Assembly: GCA_013265495.1 (NCBI GenBank)
Contig: MU057930.1
Location: 1,132,057-1,196,056 of the forward strand
Reading direction: 5' to 3'
DNA from: Vicugna vicugna
Lineage: Eukaryota
Length of the DNA stretch: 64,000 nt
The translations under genes and the position numbers were made by a program. Below are positions 25,763 to 37,405 of the stretch, in pieces. How positions within the stretch are numbered: the first letter of the stretch is position 1; each line of letters begins with the position of its first letter. Under the pieces are notes generated by a model. It was not told the origin of the DNA. It saw only the letters and a list, made by a program, of their open reading frames with translations, and made no database searches.

Positions 25763-26092
25763 GAAACAAAAACAAACAAACAAACAAACAAAAAAAACCC
25801 AAAGCATAAATACAGGACAGAAATAGACTCATAGACATATAATACAGACTTGTGGTTGCCAGAGGGGTGGAAGGTGGGAAGGGATAGACTGGGATTTCAA
25901 AATTGGAGAATAGATAAACAAGATTATACTGTACAGCACAGGTAATCACAGAGGAAAAAATGTGACAATGAGTGTGTATATGTCCGTGTATGACTGAAAA
26001 ATTGTGCTGAACACTGGAATTTGACACAACATTGTAAAATGATTATAAATCAATAAAAGTTTAAAAAAATAAAAATTAAAAATTAAAAAAAA
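25763..26092 (+). mobile_element. Young camelid L1 3' UTR fragment
   Basis: aaagcataaatacaggacagaaatagactc...gggatagactgggatttcaaaatt...actggaatttgacacaacattgtaaa plus A tail; same type as 44065-44852. Confidence 0.9.
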
Positions 26093-26179
26093 GCCACTAG
26101 ATAGAAATCTGTCTGTATTTGACTTATCATGAAAAATTGAGCATCAATACCTATATTTTTTTCATACTGAAAAAGTAAG

Positions 26180-26334
26180 TTATTTTATTGTTTATTTTAA
26201 TTTAAAAAAACTGATGGGGGATTATGTTTATATATTTATTTGTTGTTGTTTATTTTAATGGAGGGACTGGGGATTGAACCCAGGACCTCGTGCGTGCCAA
26301 GCACACGCTCTACCCCTGAGCTATATTATGCCCC
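26180..26334 (-). mobile_element. tRNA-Ala-derived SINE (vic-1-like)
   Basis: ggagggactggggattgaacccaggacctcgtgcgtgccaagcacacgctctacccctgagctata. Confidence 0.9.
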
Positions 26335-27263
26335 TCTGTTTGCTTGTTTCTAGTAAAACCTAAAGCCGTGATCATTTGGCTTAAAATAATTTCCCAACGT
26401 AGCTTTCTATGTCTCCCTTACCTCCCTTAAAAATTTAACTGTTGAGGTGCTCAGCAGATATCACTGAATGGACCTCACTTTCTGAGGAAATCAACCAACA
26501 AAAGCTTCTTTTATGTTACGCTGGGGGCAGTACTGCAGGGCTCCAGAAGCAAGCTCAGGAAGTTGCGCACCTGGTCCAGATTTTTTCTGTATTTTGACAT
26601 CATTTTACTCCACACATGAAACCTGAGAATCAAAAGCATGTATTAATTAGCCCCAAGTCTTCAGAGCGAGCGGTCAAAATGGGTTCTCCGGTTTCAGTTT
26701 AATGAAGCATTTCATCATCACACTGTAATGAAGCATGAACTTGAACTTCTTAAAAAGACAAAAAAAAAAAAAAACTCTTGAAGGATGCTCCTTGCATACG
26801 TGTATCAGCAAGCCTGAGAAAACGCGATTGCTACTGTATTTGCCTCCAGCAAGCCTGCAGACGGACAGCCTCAGCTTGAAAACACTGTCATTTCACAAGG
26901 GAAATTTTAGGAAAACGATTAAGTTACAGATTTTCCCACCTAAAAACATACTAGAAATAAAATGCCTTCAAGACTGTCCTTTTTGAACATCAGAGTGAAA
27001 CGATTCTATTTTCCGTGAAGAAAGACGTGGTAACATAAATAACTCAGGATGTATGATTCACTCCCAAAGTCACGCTGCTGTAACATGGAAATTATTAAAA
27101 CACGAAGGCTGTAAGGAGAAAGCTTGTCTCCTGTTTTGGGGGTTGATCTCTGGCTCTGCACCACTGAGTCACGCCGGGATCCAGGCTGCTAATTACTTTG
27201 TTATTTTCAGTTACATAGTCACTTCTTTGGCTGGGCAGCCCCTTACCAGCTACCAGCCTGACA

Positions 27264-27964
27264 TAGGAACCCACGTTGGAAACACTGAAGGTCCAGGTCC
27301 AGACGACGCAATAAAGCAACATGACAGTAAAGAGAGTCACAGGAAACAGTTGGTCTCCACATTCATATAAAAGTTACGTGTGCACTGGACTGCAGTCTAT
27401 TACGTGAGCAAATCGCATTCTGTCTAAAAAAAAACCCCAAAAAACGCATATACCTTAATTTAAAAACACTAGTGGTGGGGGTAGCTCAGTGGTAGAGCGC
27501 ATGCTTAGCATGCATGAGGTCCTGGGTTCCATCCCCAGTGCCTCCACTGAAAAACATAATTAATTTAAAAGTAAATAATAAACCTAATTACCCGCCCCCC
27601 CCAAAAAAACCCCACCAAAAATAAATAAATAAAATAAAACAAAAATACAGTATTGCTAAAAAATGCTTACTATCCTCTGAGCCTTCAACGAGTCTCGATC
27701 TGAGTCCTAATTACTTTTACAAACGAACATCAAAGATCACCCATCACCATAACTAATGCACTAAGAATGACAAAGTGTGAGGTATTGTGAGAATCACCAG
27801 TGCCTGACACACAGACAGCAACTTGAGCAAACGTTGTTGGAAAAATGGAACCAGTCGACTTGACTGACACAGGGTTGCCCCAAACCTTCAACTGACTTAA
27901 AGAAAAAAAAAATGCAGTATCTCCGAAGCACAGTGAGATGAAACATGATGAACACGGTGTTCTA
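27264..27964 (-). mobile_element. Internally deleted Tigger1 (TcMar-Tigger) with both termini, interrupted by a SINE
   Basis: ccagacgacgcaataaagc...tgcagtctattacgtg...attgctaaaaaatgcttac (one end) and gttggaaaaatgg...cagggttgccccaaaccttcaa...gcagtatctccgaagcac (other end). Confidence 0.8.
27474..27640 (+). mobile_element. tRNA-Ala-derived SINE (vic-1-like)
   Basis: tagctcagtggtagagcgcatgcttagcatgcatgaggtcctgggttccatccccagtgcctcca plus AT-rich/C-run/A tail. Confidence 0.93.
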
Positions 27965-29479
27965 GGAGAGAAGAAATGATTTTGGTGGGCTGTGGGCAGT
28001 TCTTTGCCACAAAACTTGGCTGAAGGGAATGGAATTCAGATACGGTCTATCGGGTACCTTCAACTGTCTTTTTTGGTATTCACAACGTGATCACAGCACG
28101 TCTGTAAATAACGTTCTTTTTAAAAAAAAAAAAAGAATCAGACTATGAAATATCTGCAAGAGCATTTGCTTGTCCCTGTGTTGTGTTGTGTGCGTACCCG
28201 CCAAGCACCGCCTACCTCAATATTGAAATAGCAGCTTTGTAAGCTTTTTTGTATTTACTCTGCCTGCACCGAACACTGTGGCTCATTTCCCCCTTTAAAA
28301 TAGTGTTCAGAACGGAACGAGTCTGATTTGTAACCTGTGCTGTAGGATTTGATTACACAGAGATTTGGCTGCAATTTACAAAAGATTTACAAAATGAAGG
28401 ACAAAATGATTTCCAATATCACAGCTTTAGCATTATGTATTATTTTGTTTGACTATGTAAAGACTCCACTTAAAGCACCACGCTGGGTTTCCTTTGTCGT
28501 TTCAACGACAGTGTGAAAAACTCTTCCCCAAGTTGCTTAATAGTGTTGTCTCTCTCCATCCAAGTATTTATAAATGAAATTACTCTGATGTATGACTGCC
28601 AAGTACTATGAAATCCCATACACCAACTGTAATATGTTTCCATAAAAATAAATAATTCAGCTCACTTCTGGCTTCTGTTTTTTCCCCAAAGCCTTCCTTC
28701 GAAACCATACATCATCTTTAAAGCGTAAGCAGAAATAAAGGGAGTCCCCTGAAGACTGGACACGCTTTCTTATTTCTTAAATGGGATTATGGTTCCCTCT
28801 TGGTGATTCAGAACAAAATTGTCTTCTTAAAAGCTGTATCTACTTATGTCAAAACCACTGTTCTCCTGCAAGACAGACTCTGGACACCAGAATAGAAGCC
28901 AAGAGTTCAGACCAGTCTCCTTTAAAGGTAGGATGGCTTTCCGTCCCCTGTTATAGAAACACCGTCTCATGATGCCTTCATCGTTAAACTGCCTTAAAGA
29001 CAGTTCCTCACCCTCCTCTTCCTCTTTTGCCAATTGCTTGGCAATTCTGGCTCCAAGCACACATCTGATCGTCAAGAACATGTCCAAGTGCACGGCAAAC
29101 GCTGAAATTTCTGGAATTATTAATTATGTTTTCAAGGACAGCGCTTTCTAAGTGGCAACATTTTTTTTTTTTTTATCTTGGCCAGAATCATCTAAACCCT
29201 TGAAAGGATGTCAACCGTCTCCCGAGGCCATTCCCCAGCTGAGGTTGCTCTGGTCTGGATTCTTAGTTTCTCATACCACTTTTCCAAGATTTTGCATCCA
29301 CCATAGGTGTGTATGTGTCTGTGTGTGTGTGTGTGTGTGAATCTGTGTACATCACGGCGTGACTTTTTCTCCCGTGTACCTGCCGGGGCGCGGTCCCCCC
29401 ACGTGGAGAGATGACCGTGGCCCATAGACTGATGCCGGCGCGTCTCATGTTTGCTCCCACCGTCTGGTTGAAATGTGAC

Positions 29480-29600
29480 GATTCGGGGGAGGGCTATTTT
29501 TATGAGCCTCATTTGCCAAGCAGGAGACTGAAGCAAACGTGGACGAAGGAAGCTGCCCGGCGTCACAGGGCTCGTATGTCCTAGCCCGAGGGGGACTTGA
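29480..29600 (-). mobile_element. MIR fragment, GC-shifted
   Basis: cctcatttgccaagcaggagactgaagc...gctgcccggcgtcacagggctcgtatgt...ggacttgaa follows the antisense MIR core layout. Confidence 0.5.
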
Positions 29601-29906
29601 ATATGCCGGCGAGAAGGTTGTGTCTGTCCCTGCTGAGCTGTGTGACCACGGGGGTGCGTGACACCCTGTGTGTTACCGCCGCGACTTCTGCACGTCTGTC
29701 CGGGACCCAGAGAGCTCCCTCAGTCTTCTGAAAGGATTCCCAGTGTCCCAAAGCGCAGAAGTGTATCGTCACGTAATTAATTACCCTTAATTAGCAGGCT
29801 TCTAATTATGCTTTTGGAAAACATCGTCTCCAAATTTTTATTCCATCTTTCCATTTTATTCCTAATGACCTTTTTATCTCCATAATAAATGTTTAATTTT
29901 TTAATG

Positions 29907-30045
29907 ATTTTTTTTCATTTTGTTTTATGAGGGGGAGGTAATTGGGTTTATTTATTTATATTTGGAGGAGGCACTGGGGATTGAACCCAGGACCTCGTGC
30001 ATGCTAAGCATGCACTCTACCCCTGAGCTATGATACCCCAACCCC
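29907..30045 (-). mobile_element. tRNA-Ala-derived SINE (vic-1-like)
   Basis: gggggaggtaattgggtttatttattt...ggaggcactggggattgaacccaggacctcgtgcatgctaagcatgcactctacccctgagcta. Confidence 0.93.
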
Positions 30046-30394
30046 TTAATGTATTCTTGATACGAAGCCTTTGGTGATTTTATAGACGGGAGAGATCCCC
30101 TCCCAGTCTGTAACTTATTTTTTCCCTTTCTCTAAGATGACTCTAAGTGATGAGATGTCCTTGCTTTTAAGAGTCAAAGTTATTACTATTTGATAATGAA
30201 CGCTGTTCTGTCTCTTAAAAGAAACCCTTTCCTATCAAGGTGAGAAAGAATTTAAAATATTATCCATTAAAAAATTAAATATAGAATAAAAATAGATAAA
30301 CCCAATTACGCCTCCAAAAAAAAAAAAAAAAAGAAAAGAAATAGCATAGAGGTAATGTGGGCAATTAATGACTAAGAAGATTGGTTACTTTCGA

Positions 30395-30531
30395 GGGGAG
30401 GGTCTAGCTCAAGTGGCAGAGCACATGCTTAGCACGCACAAGGTCCTGGGTTCCATCCCCAGTCCCTCCTCTAAAAATAAATAATTAAACCTAACAACCT
30501 GCCCCCACCAAAAAAAAAAAAAATGAATAAA
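30395..30531 (+). mobile_element. tRNA-Ala-derived SINE (vic-1-like)
   Basis: ggggagggtctagctcaagtggcagagcacatgcttagcacgcacaaggtcctgggttccatccccagt plus tail. Confidence 0.93.
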
Positions 30532-32341
30532 GGTCTACACACCTCTTTGCTCAGGAAAACAGTCTGTCCCTTCTTCCCTCTCTCACACTTATTTGAGACT
30601 CTCTGTTAATTCCAACTCATGGTCCTGCTGCCTCTTCTTAAGACTCTGGTGCATCTTAAACCGCTTTTTAATTTCACACACACACACACACACACCTCAT
30701 TACTCCCATGACAGCAGCAGCCACGCCAGTGGATGGACATATACATGGCAGGACATGTCCATGTCCCAGGGGCTCCGGAAGGGACGGGGGTATTCACTGT
30801 AGATACACCTTTCCCAGCTCAGGGGTCGAGGAAGACACTGAACGTGTGGCCAAAGCAACAGAAAAAGACAAAGTCCTCCCACCCCCCTGCGCAGAAGCTC
30901 TGGACCTCGCCCTCTTAAAGCAGGAAGAAACACCAGTGAGCAGTCACCACCGTGAAATCTCCATCGGGAGACTCTCCAGTCGTAGGAACACTGTGCACCT
31001 GTCCGTTCTCAAGACTTCAAAAGGCAGCGACCGTCCTACAATTAGACCGTCTCACTTGTGATTCCAAGGTTTCAAAGACCAGGATGTATCGCTTTTAGAA
31101 TAAAGGTCATACTGGTGGAGAAACACTCTGATCTTGAAGAAAAGCCAGCCCAGCCGGCGGACTCTCTGTTCCTGTGCCCCGGCCCCGAGCCCTGCAAGTT
31201 CCCACCGTCCTCGAGAGAAACCAAGCTAACCCGTCAGCTCTGGAGGGAAAGAGGTGCCAGTACAAGACGGGGGGGTTTTGGGTCCCGTCCCTATGATTAA
31301 TTAGGGTGGTGTTTTTCAGGCTCCTTTTAAATGCATATTATCTTTCGTAATCCCCAGCGGCCCCCCACCTCAATCCTCCTCCACATTCCTCACACTGCTC
31401 CGTCTTTGGACATATTCATGCAATCGGGATTGTTAAATATTTTGTGCCAGGCTTGTTCATGTAAAAATTCACATCACGCAACACTCCTCTCATTGATGTA
31501 TATATAACGCGGCATTTGGGGTGATTTTTAGCAGCTCGGAATTCAAAATGTCGTGAACCCTGTCCTCTAGTAAAGGCCACTTGCCCCCCTTGGCACGTTT
31601 CTAAGGATGATGGGAGTGGAACGAGTGCGTGTCTGGAAACAAGACTTCCCAGCCCTCACCATCGAGTGAGCAAGTCCTCGTGTTTAAGTCCCTGGTTACG
31701 TACGTTCAATTGTCTCTGAGAAGCACGGTGCCACCAATACGCACTGACTGTGCAGTCATACAGGGTTTTGATTCCCTCTTTTGTCGGCAAATGTGGCAAC
31801 TTACGTTCTTAACGACTTCACGGGAAAAAAAAACGTAAGGTTAGCAACCACCTGAGGGTAGAAGGAAGCCGATGAAGTGGTTCAGACTGTAAAGGTTGAC
31901 CTTAGAATGAGGGTGGCTGACGTGGAATCTGGGGACCCAGCTCGCCTTCCCACCGGGGGGGCGGGTGCCCGTGCGAATGATTTTTAGGGGCGGAATTCTA
32001 TTTCCAACTTCATTTGTCGGTAAAGGAGCAAACTGGGTTTTGTTGTTGCCTGTGCGTGTGTGTCTGATACCGTCTGGGTGATAAACACGTTATAGGTTTT
32101 ACTCACAATCCAATTTACATCTTGTCTTCTCGTAGCAACGCCCCATTTTCAATGAAATATCCTCACATTCTCACTCATGTTGTCACATATCTGTCCTCCC
32201 CTCTCAACCCAGTTCAATCCCAGAGGTAGATCCCATACTCAGCTAAACACTGGGCTACATACCCTAGTCATCTTCTTCCCATATGCACCTGGATCTACGG
32301 GTAACACATTCCTTTTCTTTTTGATACAAATTGGATTTTCA

Positions 32342-32698
32342 GAGTTGAGCCGATGCGTCTACTTGGCCAGGCGACGGTGCCCAGTCGCGCAGTCAAACGC
32401 TCGCCGAGACGCCGCGTGTGAAGGTGTTTCGTGGACGTGGTCCACACCTATAAGTCAGGGAGCTGGCCCTCGGTAGCGTTACATGGACCTCAGCCCATCT
32501 GCTGAAGGTCTTAAGAGCAAACACTGAGCATTCCTGGAGCAAAAGGAATTCGCTCTCAAGACTGTAACACAGAAAATTCTGCCCCAGTTTCCAGCCTGCT
32601 GGTCGGGTCTCCAGAATTCCCAACTTTCCAGCCCCCACAATCAAGCGAGCAAGTCCTTACGTTCAGGCTCCTCCCTGGTTCTGGAAAGCCTGGACACA
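32342..32698 (+). mobile_element. MLT2-type solo LTR, CpG-enriched copy
   Basis: acttggccaggcgacggtgcccag...gtgaaggtgtttcgtggacgtg...ctgaaggtcttaagagcaaacactgag...ggaattcgctctcaagactgtaacacagaaa...tttccagcctgctgg...ccagcccccacaatc. Confidence 0.8.
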
Positions 32699-33119
32699 GA
32701 AGTCAGTCCATGCTTCTTGGTCATATGACCGTTCTGTACCCAATGCACAGTGCGGCGTGATGGCACACGACCGCAGAATGCCTTTGTATTTTTTCAAGGA
32801 CGCACAGGAGCCCCCTGGGCAGGGAGACCAGATGCACAGTTGGTCACTTCTCTCTGGCCGGATATTTTCGATCTGTGCTCGGGTTTTCCTTTAGGACACA
32901 CGGCGCTGAAGGAGTCATATGCTCTTCGGAGCAATTTTATAGGAGGGACTACCAGAGGAGCTGGTGGTAAGAAGGAAGTCACTGGAGTAGGACCGCCAGA
33001 ACCTGCCTGTTTTCACGTGCAATTAAAAAATTAACTACACACACACATACACGCGTGCACACACGGGACCTCAGTTTCGATGCAAAGCTGCAGATGGTAA
33101 CAACCATCTCAATGTCCGT

Positions 33120-33620
33120 ATCGACAGGCAGGTCCAACTTAACATGTTCCAAAAAGAACTTTTGGTTCTCCACCTACAAAACTGCCTCCCCTCCACGCCC
33201 TCCCACACCTCTTTATTTTTTTTTTTAACCATTTCTACAAATGATCCCACTCTGTTGTTTAAGCCTTGAGGAAAGGGGTGCCATGGATTCCCGCTCCTCC
33301 CTGACCCCTTTCGTCTCATCCGTGAGCATGTACCATCCACCCTGTTTCCAACATGAAACCCAGCTCCCCACTCCCGTTTCCCGTCCCCCCACATCCCAAT
33401 CCTCCTTCATCAGCCTCCCGCCGGGCCCGCCTGCCTGCACCGGAGCGCAACCCGCCCCCTGCAGGGCGGCCGGGCAGGACCCCCTGGACCTCCCGCCTGA
33501 CCGCGCCGCTCCCTGGCCTCAGCTGGGTCCCTCACTGTTCGTGGTCCTCGGAATGGAACCCAGGCACGTGCCAACCCCGACCAAACCTCGTTTGCATGGG
33601 TCCCCCTATGTCTTCAGCTT
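33120..33620 (+). mobile_element. L2 LINE fragment, GC/CpG-shifted
   Basis: caggcaggtccaacttaacatgttccaaaaagaacttttggttctcc (L2 hallmark ctcaaacttaacatgtccaaaaccgaactc), with colinear downstream L2 motifs. Confidence 0.65.
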
Positions 33621-34525
33621 TTAAATTTGCTCGCCCTGCGCCATCCCCGCCGCCTCCCGGGTGGCCGTCCCCGCCCTCTGCACCAACCCAGGAGGTCGCC
33701 TCACCCTGGCCGTCTGACGGCAGGACGCAAAGCGAGACACGGACACCTGCCACGAGGCCGGCCGACCCCGGAAAAGGCCTGGGATGACTCCTCAGCACAG
33801 GTAAGCCTGCCCCGGCTTACGAGCATCCCCAGAATAGGACATGACAGAGACATCCTCCTCCCCGTGCTGAGTTAAGTAGGAAAGCAGGTAAGTAGAAACA
33901 GTCAAAGGTCGCTACGATGCTTATGCCCACACTTCTTCAGAGATCCACCGCACAGCTCGGGGAACCTCTCGGCCCGGGAAGAGCCAGGCTTTGCACTCAT
34001 CACCCAGCGCCCCCACCTCCCCCCCACAACTGCAGGCTGACTGTGCGCAAGCGAGACACTCCTGGTTGTTCAGACGAGGGGGAAAAAAGGCCAAAATAAA
34101 GTACTTTCAACGTGAAAATAAATCTCTTTGGTGACCACTGGTTTCTTCTGATCCGAAACCATGACTTCGTGGGATAAAAACGCCAGCCATAGCTGCCTCT
34201 CAGACACAGAAACTGTCTGGACATCTTGGTGTCTTACAATAATTACAACTTACATGGATTCCAAGTTTCACGCCCGTGGAATCTATGAAATGTTCTAGTC
34301 CAGACACCACCATCTCTGGAAATCAGCTAGCAACGATATATACATTTTTCTGCTCATTTTTAATCATTGGATTCAGGCAACGTGATGTGACACATATTGA
34401 CTGAAGACCTACTGGAGCCAGGTTTTGCTCCAGCCCTGGGTACATTGACACCGAAATCAGAGTCCTCGCCATCGGCACACACGTGATGTAGTGGGGACGT
34501 TGGGGAGGTACCATTAATAGCCTAC

Positions 34526-34747
34526 AACGGTGGATCTTAACTGGGGCAACTTGCTCCCCCATCCTAGGGGACACTTGGCAATGTCTGGGCAGAGTTTGGG
34601 TTGTCACAACGGAGGGTGCTATGTAGGGAGTATAGACCACAGACGCTGCCAAACATTCTCCAACCGCAGAGAAGTCCCCATGCCCCCAGCACAGCAAGGA
34701 ATTACCCAGCCTCAAAGGCCAATAGTGTTGAAGCTCTCAAACCTTGC
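34526..34747 (+). mobile_element. MER20 hAT-Charlie element
   Basis: cttaactggggcaacttgctcccc...ggggacacttggcaatgtctgggcagagtttgggttgtcacaac...aaggaattacccagcctcaaaggccaatagtg. Confidence 0.85.
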
Positions 34748-35659
34748 TTTACAACAACTTACAGACAATAGCACCTGTGCAAAACGGACATACGCACGTC
34801 CCAAGGCTAGGAGCATCTCGAGAAAACAGTGATTTCGGAAGACAGGGAGGATGCACGTGGACAAGAAATCCAACTGTATTTGTATCTGACATTTAGCTCA
34901 TTGGAAGAGTAGTTGGTGTTTTAGGAAAGAAAAACGATATTTAATGCAAAGAGAGCTGGAGTCAGACACCCGGTGTCGTCCACGCGAAGGCCTACCTTGT
35001 TAGCAGCACGTGGCCCTCCGTGCGGTGTGAGCCATCATGGCGGGTGGACGCCGATCTCCTGCCACTGCAGACACGGGAGCTGAGCGTTGTGGCCGGTGGG
35101 AAGCTGCGATCAAAGGGGAACATTGCATGACCATCTTTGAAACGAACGTCAGCCAACAGCCAAGCAGGACAGCTGCGTGGTACCCCAGCTTTTACCTAAG
35201 CAAAACCATTTTTTTAAGCCCAAGTATGAGTTAGGATCCTGTTCATATCACAACGATCTAACGATGCTTTAGACGGAAGGAAAGCTGCACCACGGGGTAG
35301 TGAAATCTTTCGAACTTTGCCCCTTGTCACAACTACAGCGCAGTCCGCCGGTTAAACCTCCAACAACCTGGCGGTTCTGTTTTTACTTTTCCCTAACAGG
35401 CTGGGTAGATTACCTCTTTCAAACAAACACGTTTGAAGATACGCACATTTTTCCAAGTCTAGCGTAGAAATTTCAAACTGCTGACGTAAACGAATGCTAC
35501 CTCAGATGCCGACGCTCTTCAAAGCAAGTAGGTACATTTAAAGACTCAAAGTGGCCCAAGATCATAAGAAAAGGAAATCTTAGGACAAAGATCAAGGGAC
35601 GTCTGCTCAATCCCAGGCTGGAATGGATGGGAGAGGACATGGGAGTTGCTATTAATAAC

Positions 35660-36013
35660 CACCTATGATGTCCACTGACAGATGACTGGATAAAGAAGCT
35701 GTGATATATTTACACAATGGAATACTACTCGGCCATGAAAAAGAATGAAATAATGCCATTTGCAACCATGTGGATGGACCTAGAGATTGTCATTCTAAGT
35801 CAAGTAAGCCAGAAAGAGAAAGAAAAATACTATATGATATCACTCGTATGTGGAATCTAAAAAAACAAAAAAAAACATATGAACTTACTTCTAAAACAGA
35901 AACAGACTTACAGACATAGAAAAACAAACTTACAGTTACCAAAGGGGAAAGAGGGCAGGGAGGGATAAACTAGGAATTTGGGATTCGCAGGTACACACTT
36001 ATATGTGGAATCT
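35660..36013 (+). mobile_element. L1 fragment (ORF2 end + partial 3' UTR) lacking the normal 3' end
   Basis: atgtccactgacagatgactggataaagaag...gggataaactaggaatttgggattcgcag. Confidence 0.9.
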
Positions 36014-36762
36014 CAAAAGTCTATGGGAAGTACGTCTTTCAGGGAAACCCATTGCTACATCAAGGGGAAAAACAAAAGTTTCGGATCTTCCAAGCGTGGG
36101 TCAGCGGTACCACGTCTTGACTCAAGGAACCGCCTTTAATGTACCATTCTTGATTTCTGATAGATTTCCGATGTATTCTGAAGCTAAAAGAATTCCTGAA
36201 AGGAGGGACAGTAACCCCACTATGCTGGGACATCAACCTCTTTGAAGCAAACGAGTAAGCAATTTTGACCAAAAACAAGAGTCGTGGGGGTGGCTTGCGG
36301 GACAAGAGGTGTTTACTTAGAAATAGCTTTTTTTTAAAAAAAAAAACAAAAACCTTTACATAGGATTTGGTGAATATGAGATATTTCTTGGAGAACAGCC
36401 AGAGCCACCTCTCCATGCACAGACGCATGCAGTTGGTAAACATTACACCAGGCATTTCCAAGTCTACACTTCCTTCTCTTGAGAAGACAGCGATGGGCAT
36501 TTAGCACAGAAGCTAAGAAAGAATTTTATCCCCACCCAGACCCTTGTAAGAACGTCCAGATTCCATGCAATATTAAAAGACTGCACCGTGTCCTTCTTGC
36601 AACGTCTTTCTTGAAATCCTAAACCTGTAAGCAGTGCTAAATACTCGGACAATTGAAGGATAATTGTCCAAGTGGGTGTGCGAACTTCTTCCCTTGTGCT
36701 GTTACACAGCGGAGCGCTCACGGCTCGGCCACCTAAGCGCCAGGGCCCCCGACGTGGGCAAG

Positions 36763-37060
36763 CCCGCTTTCCCTGGAGGGGGTGATGCCACGTCCCCCGC
36801 TGGCCCGGCGCACGGACCCGCGGGCTCTGACATCCACGGACTGGCACTCGCGTATAACCTGTGTGCACACCCTCCTCCTCGCGTCCTTAAATCCTCTCTG
36901 CATGACTTACAGCACCTCATGCGATGTCAACACGAGGTAGACAGTTTCAAAGACAACGTCGGTGATGTGTAAACAGCAGCCAGGAAGCAGCAAGTTCAGA
37001 GGTTTCCAATATGGAACATTCTGGAATTTTTTTTCCCCCGAACATTTTCAATCCATGGTC
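36763..37060 (+). mobile_element. MER2/Tigger2-derived non-autonomous element, GC-shifted
   Basis: gcgtataacctgtgtgcacaccctcc...ccttaaatcctctctgcatgacttacagcacctcat...ggaacattctggaatttttttcccccgaacattttcaatccatggt. Confidence 0.7.
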
Positions 37061-37312
37061 CAGGGTAATTTAAACCTAAGGGCACACGAGGCTGCTTTTT
37101 ATGAATGCTTTGATATTTTGCACTACATATGTGCGGACGTCTCCCTGCACACGTATTTTTAGATGTTTCCCATCATGTGACACCCCCCTTCACAGTTTAT
37201 TCCTTGAGGAAGAAAACTCCAGATTTGAAAAAACTCGCTGACTCATTAACAGTGTTGTTTATTACCGCCTGCGATGCCTGAAACGCACTGGCTGGATGTC
37301 ACGGTCTTTTGA

Positions 37313-37405
37313 GTCTCTCTGTCTCTGTCTCTCTCTGTCTGTCTCTCTGTCTCTGTGTCTCTCTGTCTCTGTGTGTCTCTCTCTGTCTTTGTCTCTCTGT
37401 CTCTC
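37313..37405. repeat. (TC/TG)n pyrimidine-rich simple repeat
   Basis: gtctctctgtctctgtct... Confidence 0.95.

Noticed and set aside
27474..27546. Apparent tRNA-Ala(AGC) gene (likewise the other seven copies)
   Set aside because: Followed by the shared SINE body and A tail, several copies have TSDs, and stems/B-box are mutated. These are SINEs, not tRNA genes
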